Positions 33,901 to 39,495 of a stretch of DNA of 39,495 bases are shown here, piece by piece. The notes beneath the pieces were generated by a model. It was not told where the DNA came from. It saw only the letters and a program-made list of their open reading frames with translations, and searched no databases. Each line of letters opens with the position of its first letter. Within the stretch, counting starts at the first letter, position 1. Position numbers and translations under genes: made by a program. Origin of the DNA: Mesotaenium endlicherianum (Eukaryota); assembly GCA_009602735.1 (NCBI GenBank), contig WELA01000281.1, positions 89,908 through 129,402 on the forward strand, given 5' to 3'.

Positions 33901-36900
33901 TGCGTGTGTGCGTGTGTGTGTGTGTGTGCGCGCGCGCATGCACGAACGTGAGCTGTGGTGCCATTGAGCGAGTCTTGCAAGTACGAGTGCTGACCTCGAT
34001 TCTATCCGAATGAGCGAGATAAAGCTCCCGCCTGGAAGAGCCGGGGGGGCGGCCGATCTCTTTGGGGGTGAGGTACCACCTCACCTCCGCCCAATCCTCC
34101 CCTCCACCCTGCCATATCCTGCTCCCTTGGCCACGTGGCAGCACACGAGCGGGCCACGTGCCAGGTGTCAGGCGAGTGTGAGGGTGCCGGTCGTGTGTAT
34201 ATACATATAGATACATGACATGTTACGTCTGTATATACTGTATTCACAAATATTGAACTAATAGTATGTAATATATATATACATCCTCTATCGCAACATA
34301 GACCCCGTGAGACATTGAACAGTGAAGGTGCACACGTAGGTAACAGTATGTCCAGCAATGGAGAAGCAGACTCACAACCACAAATGAACGCTCTACATTT
34401 AAGCACGTCAGTCTGACATATGTACGCGCACATAATGCTTTGATTGGCATACGCACGATACAATCATTGTAAACGAACCCGGCAGGCAGCAGCCAAGAGA
34501 GGGACTTAAATACAACTGCATATGCACGCACACGCACACGCACATGCGCTTGTGTATGTATCGGAAGCATGCAACCAGACACACATACAACACACGCACA
34601 CGCACACACACACACACAGTCAAGATGTATTCACTTGGTGTGCGAACGAGTATAGTACCCGCAACAGACTCACTTAAATTGGAGAGAATAAGCGTAGTAG
34701 CTGCACTCAACAGACTCACTTTTGAATGCGGCCGATGCTGACATCCCCCTCGAACACGCGCTCCCGCAGGGTTCTACGCCTCTTTCTTCGGGGACCCGCG
34801 CCAGCTGGCGCAGGCGCCACGTCGCCCTCTCCGCCGCAGCCAGGGCACAGCCAGGTGTCGCTCTCCGGCTCTTCCTCCAGCGGGGGCACCAGGCACGTGA
34901 GGTGGAAGCCGCCCAGACAGGCGTCGCACTCCAGCATGGTCTCCTCGTCCATCTCCCCGCACACCTTGCAATCCTCCATCTCCTCCTCCGACTCCGTCAA
35001 ATCCTCCCCACCCGCCTCCTTCACTTTCACATACACTGCCTCTCCTACCTCATACTTATCCCCATCAACCTCCACACTCTTCACAAACCTGCCCTGCAGC
35101 TGCCTTCCCCCGCCCCTCCCCTTGCCCCCCCTTCCCCCCCTTCCCCCCCTTCCCNTCAAGGCTGCATGTGGAGTCATTGCTGTCTCAACCTCCGCCGATG
35201 CCTTGCACCCGTGCCATCTGCTCTGCTGGAGCAGCACCCCCCCAGCACATGCCCCACTGCACACATGAGAACAGGGAAGGCAACGCCACACACACACCTC
35301 ACACCTGCCTGCAGGAGGCTGAATTTCCCCGCAAGCCCTGGGGAGGGTGCGGCAGCCTTAATTCAGCGTTGTTGACCACGTATCCGCGTGCCAGTGGAGC
35401 TCATCTGAGGCAGGGCGCCGGCACGCGTGCTTGCATTAGCCGAATGAAATACTTGACAAAAGATGGGTGCAAGGACAAAGTACTGTTCGGAGGAGAAAGC
35501 CGTTTGAGGAGGAGGTGTAAATATGCATGGTTGAGGAGGGCGGGGAGCAGCGAGCACGTACTTGAGAAGTGTTTTTCTCCCTTCCACCCAGGCTGCTTGC
35601 CGCAGGATGGCGCAGATGCTCGCGTCTGCTTGACCGATCAAGCGACGCCCATATCTGCCCGGCCCCCTCAAATACCAGGGGGGCAAACATCGTCTCAGCT
35701 CTGCAATTTTTGAAAGAATTCACGCGCAAGCGTATGCACGGGGGCTGAAGACGGAAAAGATGGCGGAAGGAGGGAGCAAGCGGACAAGGAGGGAGCAGCC
35801 AGACTGGGAGGCTGATGGATGCATGCACGCGAGAACGGCTGGCCAGCCCTCGGCTTCAGGAGAGCACCGACGGGAGGGCGCGGACAGGTGGCGCGGTGTA
35901 ATGGGCTCTCGCCTTTGTGCGGGTCCAGAACACGCGGGAAGAAAATTACCGGCACAAGAGGCAGTCCCACAACATCCGTCCGGTCGGCCCCGCCCTCAGG
36001 CTGGCCTCCTCCCCGGCCACACATGACTAGCCCACCCGCCCCCGGGTGCCTTCATGAGGGGGCGCGCCTCCCCCTCCGCCTCTGCCTCTGCCTCCCCCTC
36101 CCTCTCCTGCTCTGCCTCCCCCTCTCCCGGTCTATTGCCGTCAACGGTCTGCTTGACCGGCTCTTTCCGTTTGCGCTTTCCCATCTTGACACCCCGCTCT
36201 CTCGTCGGCCTTTGTGTCACCTCCTTCGGTGATGCCTCCTCCTCGACGTCCCCTCCCCCACCCCCCTGCTTTTCTTGCACGCACTTCCTCTTCCTTTTCT
36301 TCCCCACGCCCTCCTCCACTTTTACAGAGTCCTTCACGCTGACATTCTTTCTACCCTTCTTCTTCCCCTTCTCCTGCTCCACCTGCTTCGTCTCGCTGTC
36401 ATCCTCTTTTCCTTTCTCGTTTTCCTGCTCCTTCTCCTTCCTCTCGCTCTTGCTCATAGCCTCTTTTCCTTTCTTCTTTCCGTTCCCCTTCACAAATTCC
36501 TTCTCCTTCTTCTTCTTGCTGATGTCCTTTTTCCCGTTCTCCTTTCCCGTCTCCTTCTCCTTCTTCGTTTGTCCGATGACCTTTTTCCCTGTCCCATTCT
36601 CCTGCGCCTGCTCCTGCTCCTTCTTCTTCTTCATCGGCTTCGTCTTCTCTACCACCGCCGTCACTTCCTCCTCTGCATCCTCCTCCTTCACTTCCTCCTC
36701 TTGCTTCTTCTTCTTCTTCTTCGTCTCTTTCTTCTTTACCTTGTATACCCCAACTCCCACTTTCCTCTCTGGGTCCTCCTGCTGCTGCTGCTCCTCCTCC
36801 TCCACCTCCTTCTTCTTCTTCTTCGCATTTTCCATCCCCGGTTCTGCTTTCTTCTGCGCTGCCCCCTCACGCACCTTCTTCTTTTTTACCTCATTCTCCG

Positions 36901-37018
36901 CCTTCTTTGTCCCTTCTACCGCATTACTTGCTTTCTTCACAACCTTGCTGGTCTTGATCACCTTGGGGCCCCCCTGCGAATTCTTGACCTTACTTACCGG
37001 GGCAGCATTGCTCCTCAA
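16049..37018 (-). CDS. ORC1: Origin recognition complex subunit 1 (plant type: BAH + PHD + AAA+ + winged helix), about 16 exons; 5' end uncertain (TTG 37018 or first ATG 36835)
   Basis: Spliced translation: PHD C4HC3 (CKVC..CDAC..H..C..CPGC) inside [13 protein letters not shown], Walker [13 protein letters not shown], Walker [59 protein letters not shown]-terminal [22 protein letters not shown]. Exons 2-16 join via GT-AG with consistent phases. Confidence 0.95.
17063..17146 (-). CDS. ORC1: ORC1 exon 15
   Basis: caacag| [28 protein letters not shown] |gttgcg. Confidence 0.88.
18010..18089 (-). CDS. ORC1: ORC1 exon 14
   Basis: tgacag| [27 protein letters not shown] |gtgaac. Confidence 0.82.
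19680..19775 (-). CDS. ORC1: ORC1 exon 13
   Basis: gcgcag| [32 protein letters not shown] |gtgcct. Confidence 0.88.
20410..20826 (-). CDS. ORC1: ORC1 exon 12 (AAA lid with long low-complexity insert)
   Basis: ggacag| [22 protein letters not shown]...[20 protein letters not shown] |gtgtgt. Confidence 0.88.
21559..21610. repeat. 10-bp minisatellite (ctaggccaac-like) x5
   Basis: ctaggccaac atgggccaac gtgggccaac ctaggccaac ctaggccaaa. Confidence 0.8.
22130..22308 (-). CDS. ORC1: ORC1 exon 11 (sensor-1 region)
   Basis: cggcag| [42 protein letters not shown] |gtcagt. Confidence 0.9.
23093..23271 (-). CDS. ORC1: ORC1 exon 11 (duplicate copy within the 962-bp duplication)
   Basis: Same sequence as 22130-22308 at offset 963. 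Confidence 0.7.
24642..24699 (-). CDS. ORC1: ORC1 exon 10
   Basis: ggcag| [20 protein letters not shown] |gtgagt. Confidence 0.9.
25272..25481 (-). CDS. ORC1: ORC1 exon 9 (Walker B)
   Basis: gcgcag| [38 protein letters not shown] |gtgagt. Confidence 0.92.
25570..26586. repeat. Tandem duplication, about 510-bp unit (25570-26079 and 26081-26586) joined by one N
   Basis: Matching sequence at offset 511 apart from terminal (GA)n length; N at 26080. Confidence 0.9.
27536..27658 (-). CDS. ORC1: ORC1 exon 8
   Basis: gcgcag| [31 protein letters not shown] |gtacgt. Confidence 0.9.
28290..28410 (-). CDS. ORC1: ORC1 exon 7 (Walker A)
   Basis: gtgcag| [27 protein letters not shown] |gtgagc. Confidence 0.92.
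28415..28760. repeat. Compound (gcagga)n/(cag)n array in ORC1 intron 6, abutting the exon 7 acceptor
   Basis: Runs of gcagga/ccagga with a recurring cagcggcatta(g/a)cagc higher-order unit. Confidence 0.85.
29289..29437 (-). CDS. ORC1: ORC1 exon 6
   Basis: atgcag| [41 protein letters not shown] |gtgggg. Confidence 0.88.
30265..30913. repeat. Long (CT)n microsatellite spanning an N gap (30341-30839)
   Basis: (ct)n on both sides of the gap. Confidence 0.85.
31804..32073 (-). CDS. ORC1: ORC1 exon 5 (acidic linker + KRRRGRPRK)
   Basis: gatcag| [10 protein letters not shown]...EEEE...KRRRGRPRK...KKAKGA |gtacgt; phase 0 at both ends. Confidence 0.78.
32399..32578 (-). CDS. ORC1: ORC1 exon 4 (BAH end)
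   Basis: gacag| [40 protein letters not shown] |gtgcgg. Confidence 0.88.
33995..34118 (-). CDS. ORC1: ORC1 exon 3 (BAH)
   Basis: gagcag| [41 protein letters not shown] |gtcagc. Confidence 0.88.
34720..35088 (-). CDS. ORC1: ORC1 exon 2 (BAH start + PHD finger)
   Basis: [21 protein letters not shown]...[33 protein letters not shown]...WLCPGC...GRIQK |gtgagt; acceptor could alternatively lie 5 nt upstream. Confidence 0.88.
36036..37018 (-). CDS. ORC1: Probable ORC1 first coding exon: Lys/Glu-rich low-complexity N-terminus
   Basis: 340-codon purine-rich ORF. Donor gg|gtgggc at 36035 is phase-compatible with acceptor ggcag|g at 35088. Start codon ambiguous; linkage to ORC1 is inferred. Confidence 0.6.
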
Positions 37019-38170
37019 TATTCTGCTCTGCGCCTTTGGCTACTCCATTACTCTCTATCTCTAAGCGCACCCTCAGACGTGTGCCCTTCTCCGAAATGCC
37101 TTTCTGTCCATTCCTTTGGCCCACCTGGTTCCCTTCTTCCTCTCTTATCTTTCATTTCCCCATCAAAAGTCCCTTACTGACGTTATCGAAATTTTCTGAA
37201 TTTTGTGTCAATAGTCATCCAGCAGAATTGATCGGGCCTCTCTGGGCCGTTCTGCCGGATAAAATGCCTTTCACCTGCAAAGTTGATACAAAAGCAGTAT
37301 CAAGGAAGTCACACAAGAAAGTTAGCCGAAGAACATGTAGGCCGGAAGTTCCAAACTCCTATTCCAGCTGGAAAAATATCATCTCATCTGTGGATTGACC
37401 CCAACTAACTTGCCAAAAATTGCTGAAAGTTGCTGAATCACCAACAAGCAGCGATATATGATACGACTTACGATGAACTTGAAAAGGGAAACAACTATAG
37501 TCCCAAGTTAAGCAGTCGTGCAAGTTTATCTAGCACATCATCGAGCCTCATAATATGGACACTCTTAGTTAGAGCTGCATGCATGTAGGAAGTGGAAGTC
37601 AGTGAGAGTGCATCAGTCAGTCCTTGACTGAGCCGTGAACTTACCTTTTAAAGACGAAAGAAACTGTCATCAATAAATATTTGTTAATTGCGTCCCAGTC
37701 CAGGCAAGCCTGCAGCTTGGCCCCTTGAAAGTTTCAAGCTGGGGGTCGACGTGGGTCGACGGGTCCCGAGGTCACCTGACCCTCCAGGTGGACCACAGTG
37801 GACACTGGTGGACAATAGTGGTCCTAAAATCATAGGCCAGTCAAAGTTGGTCAATTGTGGTCCTAAGCTAGATCAAGCAGTGATGGTCCAAGTGTTCTGC
37901 GGACAGAACATCGTCGAGCTTCATCCCTTATTCATCCCTCTATAATTCATAGAGATGAAAACGTGACTCGAGTGCAGAGCAACCTGCTTCATGCAAATAT
38001 CCTTCAACACATACAGTCGTGTTCATCAAAGTACAATCGACGCATTGTGCACACTGCCGTAAGTAGTTATGTCTAAAGTAACACAGAATTTGTGAAGCAG
38101 CTGACTTAAGTTTGAGTGGTCCACAAACAGGGTATTAAGCACTGCGTATGTATAAAAAGCTCACGTGGTC

Positions 38171-38398
38171 ATGGTGGATCCCAAAGAACGTCCGAGATTC
38201 CGTCCTCTTTGGTTGAGCACTAACCCCGAGCTTTATGCGCCGTCAAATCCCCGGGTTGGAATTGCGGGAACACTGCTGTTTGTAGGGATACTCTCAGCCC
38301 TACTCTACCAGAAGCACACTATAGAGAAACAGAAAAAGGCTAGTCAGACTAAAGCGCCTCACACATCTCCTGTCCACGTCATTAAGGAGGATGAGTAG
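38171..38398 (+). CDS. Small single-pass membrane protein (75 aa), possibly SMIM8/DUF4500-like
   Basis: ATG-initiated ORF MVDPKERPRFRPLWLSTNPELYAPSNPRVGIAGTLLFVGILSALLYQK...: NPEL-x-x-x-N motif, one hydrophobic helix, basic tail. Candidate 5'UTR intron 38059-38130 (gtaagt...ctgac...aaacag). Confidence 0.5.
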   Translation: MVDPKERPRFRPLWLSTNPELYAPSNPRVGIAGTLLFVGILSALLYQKHTIEKQKKASQTKAPHTSPVHVIKEDE

Positions 38399-38640
38399 AG
38401 ACTATACCTTGGTTATAGACGACTATCTGCCGTGCTTCAGCTTGTACAGCTTTCCAGGGCTTGTTCAGGCTTAAGGGTTCGGGTTGGACGCAGGAGCCCG
38501 AGAAGAGAAGCTCGGAGAGGTCTAGACCCCACTTGAACACCTAGACACGCTAAGCTTAAAGTACACACGCTCTACACCCTCAGTCGTTCCATCTCCCCCG
38601 TTCATACATGCAAGGCGGAAGTTGCCAGATACTTCTGTAG

Positions 38641-38700
38641 GACAGGCTTGTGACAGGCTTGTGGCAGGCTTGGGGTAGGCTTGGGACCGGCTTGGGACAG
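38641..38700. repeat. 11-bp degenerate tandem repeat (gacaggcttgt-like) x5
   Basis: gacaggcttgt gacaggcttgt ggcaggcttgg ggtaggcttgg gaccggcttgg gacag. Confidence 0.8.
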
Positions 38701-39227
38701 GACGTATATTTAGAATCTTAGTTTGCTGAAGGAGCTGAAGGAGGATAATGGGAAGGTCAAGCTGCACAGAGTGGCACATTTTGTGCGTAGTCGTTCTCTT
38801 CTGCTGCCAGGTGTCCTTCCTGCGGGCTGCCCCCGTGAACAGCAGCCTGCCAACCTGTCGGACAGCAGGTCAGTTTGCTCGAATCAGTGGGCCTCACTTG
38901 ACCAAAGGATGTGGATGGTATGTTATGTGCAGTTATCATGATGTCGTTATGTGATACACATGATATGAAGATGAGTAAAAAAAAAATTGGGCACATGTCT
39001 CACCCCACACAGTGGGGCCACATCTCTATCAAATAATGTGGATCGATATATTGTGCGATGACATTGTATGATATTATTCATACGGAAATGAGGGCTATGA
39101 TATTTGTAGTAATTTCATTGCATGTACAGTTGTATTTACAGTGCACTCATAGCAGTACATAACTTTAACTTAGTACACTACTAAAATATACAACCGAGTA
39201 GTATATCTATGATATATTTCAGTTCCT

Positions 39228-39495
39228 GTATGGCCCTCCCTGCGTCTCCTTTCTCGGTGGCCCTTGGATCCCCGGCAGAGCAACTTCCGGGTAGGAGTTT
39301 TTTGGGGGCTTTAGGGTTTCGGGTATAAGCGTCTCGGTGGAGGGGTTTAAGACTGGTGAGTGTGCAGAGGTAGGTTGTCCTGATGGTCACAAGCGTAGCG
39401 AGTAAGGGACACCGAAAGTGTTTGTTGCAGGGTTTGGGTTTTCGTACAACGGTGACGAGACCAGCTGGCGCCCCAGGGTGGGAGGGAAAGGGGGG
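39228..39495 (+). mobile_element. Possible LTR retrotransposon 5' LTR and primer-binding site at the window edge
   Basis: Composition shift at TGTATGG (39228); ...CA-gc-TGGCGCCC at 39462-39473 resembles a tRNA-Lys PBS. Second LTR and coding region not in window. Confidence 0.25.

Noticed and set aside
36054..37180. Phe/Ser- and Leu-rich plus-strand ORFs resembling membrane proteins
   Set aside because: Antisense of the K/E-rich ORF
38151..38157. tataaaa as TATA box of the small ORF
   Set aside because: Only about 20 nt before the ATG, so the start site would fall past the ATG; it also lies downstream of a candidate UTR intron

Overview
Eukaryotic draft-genome window. It is GC-rich, has microsatellite-laden introns and many N gaps, and its genes look plant-like, so it is probably a streptophyte green alga (inference). 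Two convergent intron-rich genes dominate. On the + strand is a plant-type phospholipase D, most like PLDdelta: 5'-truncated, 9 exons visible, two HKD motifs, ending LPDTLTT* at 13842. On the - strand is a plant-type ORC1 with about 16 exons (16049 to about 37018): K/E-rich N-terminus, BAH domain with embedded PHD finger, AT-hook-like motif, AAA+ Walker A/B and winged-helix end. A small single-TM ORF resembling SMIM8/DUF4500 lies head-to-head with ORC1, and a possible LTR/PBS edge sits at the right end. Three tandem duplications (5058, 962 and about 510 bp), each joined by a single N, are most likely scaffolding artefacts. The most striking unexplained pattern is that many introns of both genes hold degenerate 'echo' copies of the neighbouring exon end plus its splice site. 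One such decoy donor is in frame and overlaps a perfect 33-bp hairpin. All homology calls are from memory of the protein families; no searches were run.
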